From Promethearchaeota archaeon (lineage in GTDB: Archaea > Asgardarchaeota > Lokiarchaeia > Sigyniarchaeales > SOKP01): a DNA stretch of 47,774 bases. The notes under the pieces are model-generated. The model saw nothing but the letters and a program-made list of their open reading frames with translations, did no database searches and had not been told where the DNA came from. Shown here piece by piece: positions 1-9,206 of this stretch. Position 1 is the stretch's first letter; each line of letters begins with the position of its first letter. Made by a program: the position numbers and the translations under genes. The stretch is from NCBI GenBank assembly GCA_020344955.1, contig CP070831.1, forward strand, positions 1,106,091-1,153,864, written 5' to 3'.

Positions 1-1
1 A

Positions 2-187
2 CCCCATATATTTAATAGATTCTTTAGATGTGAAGATGTTCATGATATTGAAGGAACGGGACTTGGACTTTCAATTGCGAAAGAGCTTGTTGAATTACAT
101 CAGGGGAATATTTATGTTGAAAGCGAGTATCAAGAAGGATCAACTTTTTTTGTGTTTTTACCTATTTTAAAAAATCCATACAAATAA
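2..187 (+). CDS. sensor histidine kinase, C-terminal HATPase_c fragment (5' part lies outside the window)
   Basis: The frame open from the window edge reads [61 protein letters not shown] with stop TAA at 185-187. The GTGLGL G2 box and terminal strands match a GHKL ATPase. A response regulator gene follows. Confidence 0.7.
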   Translation, partial: PHIFNRFFRCEDVHDIEGTGLGLSIAKELVELHQGNIYVESEYQEGSTFFVFLPILKNPYK

Positions 188-287
188 GTTTATAAGGGAA
201 TTATTACCTTCCTAAATTTTTCGATACCTTTATAATAATAATTATCATATTTTTAAATATTGATACTTAAATTCAGAGAAAAGAGAA

Positions 288-1169
288 ATGAAACCCTTAA
301 TTTTCATTGTAGAGGACGATAAAAAGATTTTATATAATATGAAATTAATGATGGAATACAATGGTTATAACACATTAACAGCGAAGAATGGTGTTGAAGC
401 TCTTGAAATAATCTCAACATGCGAAAATTATCCAGATATTATTTTGTGCGACATTGTAATGCCAAAAATGAATGGATACGACTTCTTTAAAGATATTTCG
501 AAAAACGAAGAACTTAATAATATACCCTTTATTTTTATATCTGCTCGTAGTGCCCCCGAGGATGTACGCTTTGGAAAAATGTTAGGGGCAGATGATTATA
601 TCACTAAACCATTTGAGGAAGAAGATCTGCTTGCTATAGTTAAGGGTAAATTAGCTCGTTATAGAAAAATCGATCTAATCAATGAGCAAATTGAACAATA
701 CATATTAAAAACAGGAATAGACAAAACACTCGTCCCAGTTGATGAGAAATTGAATCCCTTTACATTTATATGTGTATGGTGGGACGATATCATGGGACCG
801 GTTATCAAGTCTTATTATTCAGAACATAATAATTTATCATCATCCTTAAATACAATAGGACAACAATTATTTCAATCAATTGTGGCCATTACTGGAAAAA
901 ATGAGCTTAAAGAACCAGCAGGTTTACTTTTAAATATTGAAAATATAAAGAGACAAGGTTATGTTTTTTTTGATTCTTTCAAAGATGAAAATTTACGAGG
1001 TAATGAACAACAATTCATGTTAGCTGTAATTGCAAAAAGAGTCAATTATTTTGAATCTTTAAAAATCAAAGAAATATTCCTTGAGATGTCTCATAAAATT
1101 AAAGAAGAAAAAAAATGTGATATAGGAACCTATTCAAATGATCTTAGTAAAATTCTAGCACAAATCTAA
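288..1169 (+). CDS. response regulator: CheY-like receiver plus an uncharacterised ~170-aa alpha/beta C-terminal domain
   Basis: Receiver signature residues are present (IVEDD, LCDIVMP, FISAR, ITKPF). The C-terminal half has no HTH pattern; it shows alternating hydrophobic strand/helix segments (FICVWWDD, GPVIKSYY, LFQSIVAI, GLLLNIEN, YVFFDSF, FMLAVIAK). Confidence 0.8.
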   Translation: MKPLIFIVEDDKKILYNMKLMMEYNGYNTLTAKNGVEALEIISTCENYPDIILCDIVMPKMNGYDFFKDISKNEELNNIPFIFISARSAPEDVRFGKMLGADDYITKPFEEEDLLAIVKGKLARYRKIDLINEQIEQYILKTGIDKTLVPVDEKLNPFTFICVWWDDIMGPVIKSYYSEHNNLSSSLNTIGQQLFQSIVAITGKNELKEPAGLLLNIENIKRQGYVFFDSFKDENLRGNEQQFMLAVIAKRVNYFESLKIKEIFLEMSHKIKEEKKCDIGTYSNDLSKILAQI

Positions 1170-1671
1170 ACAATAACAATCTGCTAAATAGTTCATTATA
1201 TAGTTTTTTAGTGAATAGAATTATAATTAATACTTATAGTATATAAATTACAGGGATACATGCACCACCATTTATAACTTCCTCTAATGAAGTTAAACAA
1301 AAAAGAATCAATAGTTCATAAAATCATTGAAATGAAAAAAAAGAACCAAATTTATTGTTTCGATGAGGAACAAAAAGAAATTGACAACATAATTTTTACT
1401 TTCTATAAAAAACAATTCAATTTACCCTAGCATCTAAAACTAAAATTAGATGAAAAATATTCTATATATCTAAAATCGAATTAAAAAATATGATTATTTT
1501 AAAGAACAAAAAGAAATTGATAGTATTATTTTTATTTTTTATGAAGTTAAATTTGAATTTTCTGAAAATCTTTAAAAATTCATTATGCCCCCTCTCTTTA
1601 TAAAATAAAATTCAAGTTTTAATCATATAAACCTTTTATAGGTATTTTATTATACTTTTTGGATAGGTAAA

Positions 1672-2961
1672 ATGCCTTCTGTTCTAGAAAAGATACGTGT
1701 TTTGGGAGAAAATTCAAAATATGATATTTGTGCTAGCACAGCATCTAGTCGTACTGATAAATATCCAAAACTTTTTGGAAATTCAAAAAATTGGATTGGT
1801 GCTACTGCTAGTGGGGGAATTTGTCATAGTTATACTCCTGATGGACGTTGTATGAGCCTATTTAAAACTCTTTATACTAATAAATGTATCTATAATTGTA
1901 AATATTGTTTTTCTCATAATTGCAAGATTAAGTTGAGTTTTACACCAGAAGAATATGCTCGTACATTTATGAAACTTTATTCTATGAATGTGGCTGAAGG
2001 AGTATTCATTTCATCAGGTGTATGCGGTAGTGCTGATGCAACAACAGAAGAAATGTTAGAAGCAATTCGACTTCTTCGGTTCAAATATAAGTTCCGAGGA
2101 TATATACATTTTAAGTGTTTACCAGGTGTAAGTCAATATCTTCTTAAAGAAGCAGTAACTCTTTCTGATCGTATTTCGATAAACATGGAAGCTTCTTCGA
2201 AAACTCATCTCGCAGAGATTGCTGATCAAAAGGATTTCAATAATGATATAATAACTCGCCAGCGGTGGTTAAAAGAAATTCGTACTAGGCATAATGAAGA
2301 CACTCTTAATCTCATGAAAGATTTAAATCAAGATAATCAATTAAAATTCCAAGAAAAAATGATTAAAGACCGACGAGAAAATGGATATAAAAAATTTTGT
2401 TGGGACTGTGCGCCAATACTTAATAGTGGTCAAACCACTCAATTTGTAATTGGAGCTGCAGATAGTGAAACTGATTATGATCTACTTAAACGAATAAACT
2501 GGGGATATAAACAGATTGATCTAAGAAGAGCTTATTTTTCCTCATTTATACCAATCAAAGGTACACCCTTTGGAGGAAAACAAGCAGCTCCATTAGCTAG
2601 AGAACATCGATTATATCAAAGTGACTGGTTATTACGAATCTATCATTATAAATTGCAAGATCTTAAGGAAATTATAAATGATGATGGAAATTTACCGCAT
2701 GGTGATCCAAAGATTCACTTAGCTCGCAAATATTTTGAAGATCATAATCTTGTAAATCCTAATGAAGCGTCCTATCAAGATTTACTAAGAGTGCCAGGTA
2801 TTGGTCCGATTTCTGCTAAACGAATAATGAATTTGAGAACAAAAAAATTTGTGTTTAACAAAAGAAAGGATCTTAGAGCAGTTGGTGTAGTATTAAAGAG
2901 AGCAGATCCATTTCTTAAATTAAATGGAAATATGCAGACAACACTTCTAAATTTCAATTAA
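1672..2961 (+). CDS. putative DNA modification/repair radical SAM protein with C-terminal helix-hairpin-helix
   Basis: CxxxCxxC cluster motif CIYNCKYC and C-terminal HhH LLRVPGIGPISAKRIMNLR. Architecture and pairing with the next gene match the TIGR03916/TIGR03915-type gene pair as I remember it. Confidence 0.7.
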   Translation: MPSVLEKIRVLGENSKYDICASTASSRTDKYPKLFGNSKNWIGATASGGICHSYTPDGRCMSLFKTLYTNKCIYNCKYCFSHNCKIKLSFTPEEYARTFMKLYSMNVAEGVFISSGVCGSADATTEEMLEAIRLLRFKYKFRGYIHFKCLPGVSQYLLKEAVTLSDRISINMEASSKTHLAEIADQKDFNNDIITRQRWLKEIRTRHNEDTLNLMKDLNQDNQLKFQEKMIKDRRENGYKKFCWDCAPILNSGQTTQFVIGAADSETDYDLLKRINWGYKQIDLRRAYFSSFIPIKGTPFGGKQAAPLAREHRLYQSDWLLRIYHYKLQDLKEIINDDGNLPHGDPKIHLARKYFEDHNLVNPNEASYQDLLRVPGIGPISAKRIMNLRTKKFVFNKRKDLRAVGVVLKRADPFLKLNGNMQTTLLNFN

Positions 2962-2982
2962 ATAAATTAAACTCAGGGATTA

Positions 2983-3648
2983 ATGAAAATGGATAAAAAC
3001 TGTCAAAAAGATCCAATGGAAGTTATTGGGCGAGCTAAGGGATATTCTCATGAAGAATTAATTCAGAATCTTCCACGTCATAATAAATTTTCTCCAACCC
3101 TTATTTCACAAATTAAAAAAATACCAGAAGTAGTATTTCGCAATTCAGGCACTTCATTTGCTAAGAAAATTAATCGAATGATGCGAGAAATTGGAACAGA
3201 AGCATACCGTGCTAAACAGTTTACTCGAACCGATATCAATGATCGTGGTGTATTATATGGTGTTGTATTGCTCAAGCATAAAGTCATGGATAAAGTTTTA
3301 AACTACTTTCATGAAAGATGGCGAGGATGTATAATATGTCTATTTAATGAGTATGATAAAAAGACTAGTTTAATTAATGAAAAGGGAAAGATTCAAGAAA
3401 TTAATTTATCGCTAAAAGAAATAGTTGATCTTGTAAGTAAAGACCGTCCAATAATTCCATACTTTAAAGATATACAATTTTCTGGAGCCGAGATATTTGA
3501 GACATTATATAAATCACAATTCATTCTTGAACGAGAAAATCAGACTTTCTTTAAAAAAATGATTCCTGACAAGTGTTTTGAATTGCCAGGTATGAGAGCA
3601 GGAGTAGAAAAACGTTTTCGAAATAAAAATATTAATGATTATCTTTAA
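2983..3648 (+). CDS. DUF4130 / TIGR03915-like putative DNA repair protein (partner of the radical SAM protein)
   Basis: 221-aa ORF 21 nt downstream of the radical SAM gene on the same strand. The call rests mainly on the conserved gene pairing and size, not on a catalytic motif. Confidence 0.45.
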   Translation: MKMDKNCQKDPMEVIGRAKGYSHEELIQNLPRHNKFSPTLISQIKKIPEVVFRNSGTSFAKKINRMMREIGTEAYRAKQFTRTDINDRGVLYGVVLLKHKVMDKVLNYFHERWRGCIICLFNEYDKKTSLINEKGKIQEINLSLKEIVDLVSKDRPIIPYFKDIQFSGAEIFETLYKSQFILERENQTFFKKMIPDKCFELPGMRAGVEKRFRNKNINDYL

Positions 3649-3649
3649 A

Positions 3650-4429
3650 TTATATTATTTCTGCAAATAATTGTTTTGCAGTTTTATATGCTTTGGTCTC
3701 TGTAGGTAGTTGCAATAAGTTTTCTCCCACAATATTCATCCTACTAATTTCATCGCTGTTGTCAATAAACCCAAGGAGCTTTACATGATCTTCTTTGATA
3801 GATAATACCTCTTTTTCCAAAATATCTCTTATGGAGTTTTCTGGGAACCTATTGCCGAGTATCCAGATGTTTTCAAATTGTAAATCAACTTCTTTAGTTA
3901 TTTCTAATATCCGTTTCATAGTATGGATACCCATTTTACTCGGATCAGAGACTATTACTAAATCAGTTACCTTTTGACCCGTCTTTCGAGAAAAATATTC
4001 TAACCCCGCAGGAGCGTCAATGAGTACGAAGTCATAATTTTTCGCTAATATGTCAATAATGCGTTTCAAATAATTATTAATACTGCAATAGCATCCTTCT
4101 CCTTCTGATCGACCCATTTCTAAAATATCAAATTGATCCGTTTCGATTAATGAATCAAAAACCTCAGATTCGACGATTTGATCCTTAGACACATCGAGAG
4201 GTATTAATCTCTTTTGGATTTTCTGTTTAAACTCAGCCATTTTTCCACCAATAGTTTCTTTAAAATGGATTTCTTTACCGATGATGTCTCCAATATTCGC
4301 GTCTGGATCGGCATCAATTACGAGGATATCAACATCTTTGAATTTATCAAGAAGGTATTTAAGCATTAAGACGAGCAGTGTAGATTTTCCTACCCCACCC
4401 TTTCCAGAAAACGATATAATTTTTTTCAT
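3650..4429 (-). CDS. cooC: CooC/AcsF-type MinD-family P-loop ATPase (nickel-insertion accessory protein family)
   Basis: Deviant Walker A GKGGVGKST at the N-terminus, Walker B VLIDAPAG, and the CxC metal motif (GEGCYCS) typical of CooC. Confidence 0.6.
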   Translation of the reverse strand: MKKIISFSGKGGVGKSTLLVLMLKYLLDKFKDVDILVIDADPDANIGDIIGKEIHFKETIGGKMAEFKQKIQKRLIPLDVSKDQIVESEVFDSLIETDQFDILEMGRSEGEGCYCSINNYLKRIIDILAKNYDFVLIDAPAGLEYFSRKTGQKVTDLVIVSDPSKMGIHTMKRILEITKEVDLQFENIWILGNRFPENSIRDILEKEVLSIKEDHVKLLGFIDNSDEISRMNIVGENLLQLPTETKAYKTAKQLFAEII

Positions 4430-4591
4430 GAAAGCTCATTTGTAAAAAATGTTTATTTTTCAAGTAAAGATAATTGATTTTATATTAAAAATGTAATATA
4501 AATAATTCAAAAGACTAATATCCTTTCTATTATGAAAAATTAATTTAATTGGCATAGAAATTAATAATACATAGAAAACGTTATAGAAATC

Positions 4592-4759
4592 ATGTCAGTA
4601 CGATACATTAAGAAAGATGATATGAGGGAATTATTAAATATTTATACACATCTCCACAGTGAAGATATTCCATTACCAGAAAAATTAACATTATTATCGA
4701 TTTGGGAAGAAATCACCACTAATTCCCTATTACACTATTCTGATGTGATCATAATATAG
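4592..4759 (+). pseudogene. N-terminal remnant of a GNAT acetyltransferase (55 codons, then stop)
   Basis: MSVRYIKKDDMRELLNIYTHLHSEDIPLPEKLTLLSIWEEITTNSLLHYSDVIII* resembles the first strand-helix-helix of GNAT enzymes, but the acetyl-CoA binding core is missing. Only short broken frames follow up to 5030. Confidence 0.4.
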
Positions 4760-5086
4760 AATAGATTAACGCTAAGAAAAAAAGAGAATAGCATTAAGAT
4801 TAATAAATAAAAAGTATATTAACATAAAAAAGAATTTTGAATGAAAAGTAAAAACTACTCACTTTTTAAGAATTACCAAGTAAGTGTTCTGTTTTCAGGG
4901 TTTTGCAATCTATGAATACGGAGGGAAGAGAGCAATAGGTGTCTCTAAAGAGAATGTGATTGCACAATGGGAAGCTGTTCTAAAATGGGGTAATTACAAT
5001 CAAGATGGAAAAATTGATTGGCTAGCTTAAAACTTTAAAGTTAAACGTAATATTTCTATTTATCTAAAAACACTAAGTGTAGAAAA

Positions 5087-6202
5087 ATGAATGATATCAA
5101 ATTTGGAATTCAGTTATTTTATTCTCAGGCTTATGATCTTCTAAAGAAAAAGATAATATCCGCAAATAAGGAAAATTGGGATTCTCTCTGGTTACCTGAT
5201 CATTTAAGTGGTATGCCAGGGGGATCAATTGATGATTTCTTAGCACTCTGGCCTTTGTATGGTGTGCTTTCAGAAATAGCTAAAGAAAAATGGTTTGGCT
5301 CTGCCGTGACCGACCCGCATAGAATGCATCCTGCGGTTTTAGGTCAAATTGCAACTACAATTAATCATATTTCGGGAGGAAAGTTTATATTGGGTATGGG
5401 TGCAGGAGAGGGTATGAATCTAAAAGCTTATAATATTCCTTATGCAAGTGCACTCACTAAAATGCGAGAGAGTATTGAATTGATGAAATTATTTTGGAAA
5501 AAAGGTAAGCGTGTTAATTTTAAGGGTAAGTTTTTCCAAACTAAAAAAGCAGTACTTCTGCCAAAACCGATATCAGAAATTCCTGTTTGGATTGCCGCTA
5601 ATGGTCCTAAGACAATTCAGATGACGGCAGAAATAGCTGATGGCTGGATGCCTCTAGGTGTTTCAACTGATTTTTATAAATCAAATATTGAGAAAATCAA
5701 GGGGATAATTCAGAAAGATAGCAGCCGAGATTTGTCAAAATTTACTTTTGCATGCTTTCAACGTATTTTCATTAATGATGATGAGGAAAAAATTAGCGAA
5801 CAAATAAAAACCAATAAATTTGGTATAGCTTTACAACCTAGTTTTGTACGAGATATGGGATACTGGAAAGATGAATTTGACGAGATATTTTGTGAAGCAA
5901 CAGGATATAAATGTGATGAAATTAGCTTACTTAAATTGGACAGGGATGAAGTAGGAAAGTTTGATGTCAATAAGTTATCTGTGATTGTTGACTCCATTCC
6001 AGATGAAGTCATAAGAGATAATCTGATGATCGGAACTAAAGAAGAAGTTATTAAGAAAATTCAAAAGTACATGAAATTAGGTGCAGAATATTTCCTCTTT
6101 GAGCTCATCAATGGTGTTTCAAGTAGAAATGCTCCTTTTACATACTGGGACGTAACCAAAATGATAAGCGAAGAAATTATTCCTACAATTAAAGGAATTT
6201 AG
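5087..6202 (+). CDS. luciferase-like (LLM class) flavin/F420-dependent oxidoreductase
   Basis: 371 aa with the family-like N-terminus (KFGIQL..., LWLPDHL) and TIM-barrel length. No finer assignment is possible by eye. Confidence 0.6.
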   Translation: MNDIKFGIQLFYSQAYDLLKKKIISANKENWDSLWLPDHLSGMPGGSIDDFLALWPLYGVLSEIAKEKWFGSAVTDPHRMHPAVLGQIATTINHISGGKFILGMGAGEGMNLKAYNIPYASALTKMRESIELMKLFWKKGKRVNFKGKFFQTKKAVLLPKPISEIPVWIAANGPKTIQMTAEIADGWMPLGVSTDFYKSNIEKIKGIIQKDSSRDLSKFTFACFQRIFINDDEEKISEQIKTNKFGIALQPSFVRDMGYWKDEFDEIFCEATGYKCDEISLLKLDRDEVGKFDVNKLSVIVDSIPDEVIRDNLMIGTKEEVIKKIQKYMKLGAEYFLFELINGVSSRNAPFTYWDVTKMISEEIIPTIKGI

Positions 6203-6580
6203 AATTTAGTCTTTCTTAGATTATGCTTTGTTATAGTATATAATTCCATAAGTAATAATCCGTGGTAGTAAGAAATAGAATCAAAATACCCCTCGCCAGC
6301 ATCCACTCCTGCATGCTCTACCATTATTAAACCTATATTTGTGATGCATAATTATAAAAGTTACAACTAATTATGAGATAGAATCATCTACTTTTTATAC
6401 TTAATTATGGAATTTACCACTAATTAGGATCCATTTACCACTACATTGAGGAGAAACATTTTTATTCGGGAAGGCAACAATTAAACAGTGATATATTAAC
6501 TTTAATTATTTTAGTGAAAATGTAATGAGAAAATTTGAATTAGAAGTTTAAAGTTAAGAAAAGATTGAGAGGATGAAAAT

Positions 6581-6883
6581 TTGAAAAATATAAGAATAGC
6601 AGGATTAATAATTCTAATCGTAGGGTTCATGATCTCTCTACTTAGCCTGTGGGGTGCGGGGACAATAAATTGGAATTGGAATTCACTGAATATGTTGAAT
6701 ATGCTATTTTGGTTGATTATTGGCATAATTCTATTGATAATTGGACTAGTGTGTTTGGTGGTAGCAACATTACGTAAAAAATCAAGGAAAAGAAGAGAGT
6801 GTCCGTACTGTAATATTTTTTTGGAATACTTAGAGAAAGAATCCATTTATCAATGTCCTGAATGTAAAAGAAAATTTAGATAG
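6581..6883 (+). CDS. small membrane protein with C-terminal zinc ribbon
   Basis: Two hydrophobic helices followed by CPYC...x17...CPEC. The start is TTG in the ORF track and an internal ATG start is possible. The overlapping antisense ORF 6511..6846 has no motif. Confidence 0.4.
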   Translation: MKNIRIAGLIILIVGFMISLLSLWGAGTINWNWNSLNMLNMLFWLIIGIILLIIGLVCLVVATLRKKSRKRRECPYCNIFLEYLEKESIYQCPECKRKFR

Positions 6884-6995
6884 AAGTTTAGGACTTAGAG
6901 TTCATCTTCTCCTTAAAATCCTCCTTTTTCTTAAAAAAATCAAAAATACAAGATTATAAAGAGAAAAGAGCTTAATAATTAATAAATTATCTTAA

Positions 6996-7805
6996 TTACT
7001 GTTCTTGTCTATACACAGGTACAATCTTAGAGGTAAATTCTTCTAATGTATAGGGAAATTCTTCTTCACTTGAAATTTTACCAAGTTCTAACATGATCTG
7101 TCTTGCTAATAACCAAAATGCTAGACCTAAAGCCTTTTTACCGCGATTATTTGCTGGAACAGCAAGGTCTATTCCATCAAGAGTATCGTCAGTATCGAAT
7201 AAAGATATCACAGGGATTCGAGCTAATTTAGCTTCTCGTAAAATAACTTTATCTGCATGAGGATCCACAATTACTACTACGCTAGCATCTTTAATATATG
7301 TATCAATAATAGGATTTGTTAGTGATCCCGGAATAAATCTCGTGGTTATTGCTCTACAACCTAAGACTTCACAAAATTTTTTTACTGGTTCTTTGCCATA
7401 TCGGCGAACTGAGGTAACAATAACTCTATCACTTCCTTCTTCTACGTACTTACTTAAAAATTTAGCAGCAATATTTAGCCGTTCATCTGTTTGTGTTAAA
7501 TCAATAACATATAATCCATAGTTGGTTTGTCTATAAATAAAACGTCGAGCATCTCCGGTTAACAACTTTGTCCCAATGTGGATACCACAACTTAAATACA
7601 GTTGTTTTCTTTCCTCATCTTTATCTATTAATTCCTCTTTTAGTTCAATTTCTGTATCAATATCTTCAGTATCTAATAAGTCAAGTTCTTCTTCTAAATC
7701 TAGATCTTCTTCGAAATCGATCTCAAAGTCTTCGTTAAAGTCCTCTTCTTCATCAATTTTTTGTGATTCTTTTGGTTCTTCGGTTTTCTTTTTCTTTCGA
7801 GCCAA
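6996..7805 (-). CDS. rps2: 30S ribosomal protein uS2 with a ~65-aa acidic N-terminal extension
   Basis: Core GIHIGTK...FIYRQTNYGLYVIDLTQTDERLNIAAKFL...PVISLFDTD...IDLAVPANNRGKKALGLAFWLLAR matches uS2. The N-terminus is K-rich then D/E-rich low complexity. Confidence 0.9.
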   Translation of the reverse strand: MARKKKKTEEPKESQKIDEEEDFNEDFEIDFEEDLDLEEELDLLDTEDIDTEIELKEELIDKDEERKQLYLSCGIHIGTKLLTGDARRFIYRQTNYGLYVIDLTQTDERLNIAAKFLSKYVEEGSDRVIVTSVRRYGKEPVKKFCEVLGCRAITTRFIPGSLTNPIIDTYIKDASVVVIVDPHADKVILREAKLARIPVISLFDTDDTLDGIDLAVPANNRGKKALGLAFWLLARQIMLELGKISSEEEFPYTLEEFTSKIVPVYRQEQ

Positions 7806-8035
7806 ATTTGTAGCCTTAACAATTTTTTTCTCAGGTAAATAAAATTAAAATATTTTAGAATCTGTCGATTAAAGAATATATTATTGAATACATAATAACT
7901 TTAATATTTTATTGAGTAGATTTTTGTACTACAATAAGGACTAAAGTATTAATATAGCAAAATGATTTTAATTATTATTATAATTCTTAGAATATAACAA
8001 GTAAATAAAGATTCAATTCTATAGTGAGTTAAACA

Positions 8036-8533
8036 ATGACTTCCTATCGATTGGTAATTGGTATTATTGTTGGTGTCATATTTAGTTTTTTCTCAGCATT
8101 TTTCTTTAATATGGGAGTTATTCTAAATCAAATTGAATTGCATGCTGGGGGTGATGTATTAAAAATAGCTGCATTATTAGTTGGGGCTAATTTTGATTTT
8201 AATATGATTTCATTCATTATAGATCCCCTCCAATCCCCCGCAGTTTTAGGATTTTTTGCACCGGAGATTTTAGCATGGATCTTTATTGGTTTTATTTCCG
8301 GGACAATAGCTAAAGGATTAAAGCGAGGTGTTATAGTAAGTTCTTTAGTAGTAGTAATAGTTTTATTATTGTGGATTATACTAAGTATTATTTCTGGAGA
8401 GGATCTAATGACTCTATTCCAAGGAACTCAATTATTTGAGACTTTAGGAGGTATTTTAAGCGCTTTTGTGGGAGTCTTAATTGGAGGATCGATTGGCGGC
8501 CTATTAAGTGGCCCCTATGAGGAATTCTATTAA
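8036..8533 (+). CDS. integral membrane protein, unknown function
   Basis: 165 aa with four or more hydrophobic helices and a glycine-rich C-terminal helix. Confidence 0.45.
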   Translation: MTSYRLVIGIIVGVIFSFFSAFFFNMGVILNQIELHAGGDVLKIAALLVGANFDFNMISFIIDPLQSPAVLGFFAPEILAWIFIGFISGTIAKGLKRGVIVSSLVVVIVLLLWIILSIISGEDLMTLFQGTQLFETLGGILSAFVGVLIGGSIGGLLSGPYEEFY

Positions 8534-8648
8534 AGGATTAAATCTAGGGCTTTATCTAAAATTTTGAAATTCTTTTTATACTTTCAAAAGGGAAATATTA
8601 TTTTCTAATATCTAAAATTTAAAGTTAATTAATTAATTATAAAAATTA

Positions 8649-9185
8649 ATGGTTAAGAAAGAAGATATTTTACCCGAACGAGATTTTGCATTAGACCTAT
8701 TAAAGAGATTGAAAATTCAGCTTTCAGTTAGGCGCCATTCAGAAAAAGTTGCTCAAAAAGCGATAGAAATCGCTTTAAAAATAACAAAAGCTAAAGTTGA
8801 TTTGAATTTAATTGAAATAGGAGCCTTATTACATGATATTGGAAGAACTAAAACTCATAGTTTTAAACATGCTTTAATAGGGGGGAAAATCTTAAAACAA
8901 AGAGGTTTTTCAGATAAGCTTGCTAGAATTTGTGAAACTCATATTCTAGGGGGATTAGACAGAGAAGACGCGAAAAAAGTAGGTTTACCTGAAAAAGATT
9001 ACATACCTATAACTTTAGAAGAAAAAATCATTTGTTTAGCTGATAAACATATGGCTGGTACTAGAGAAGTCTCAATTGAGGATAGATTTAATAGATGGTT
9101 CCAAAAGTATGGAAGAAGTCGGATATTATTAAAATCAAAAAAAAGGATATTAAAAATCCAAAAAGAAATTGAGGATTTAATGTAA
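8649..9185 (+). CDS. HD-domain phosphohydrolase (archaeal TIGR00295-like)
   Basis: H...HD signature (RRHSEKV ... LLHDIGR) and a downstream CLADKH motif. Confidence 0.65.
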   Translation: MVKKEDILPERDFALDLLKRLKIQLSVRRHSEKVAQKAIEIALKITKAKVDLNLIEIGALLHDIGRTKTHSFKHALIGGKILKQRGFSDKLARICETHILGGLDREDAKKVGLPEKDYIPITLEEKIICLADKHMAGTREVSIEDRFNRWFQKYGRSRILLKSKKRILKIQKEIEDLM

Positions 9186-9206
9186 TGAAATTTATCATTT
9201 AACTGA

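Noticed and set aside
6285-6345. tRNA-like fragment (GGTAGAGCATGCAGGAGTGGATGCTGGCGAGGGG on the minus strand) in the spacer after the LLM gene
   Set aside because: I could not build an acceptor stem, a 5-bp anticodon stem or a T-arm, so the GC-rich patch alone is insufficient.
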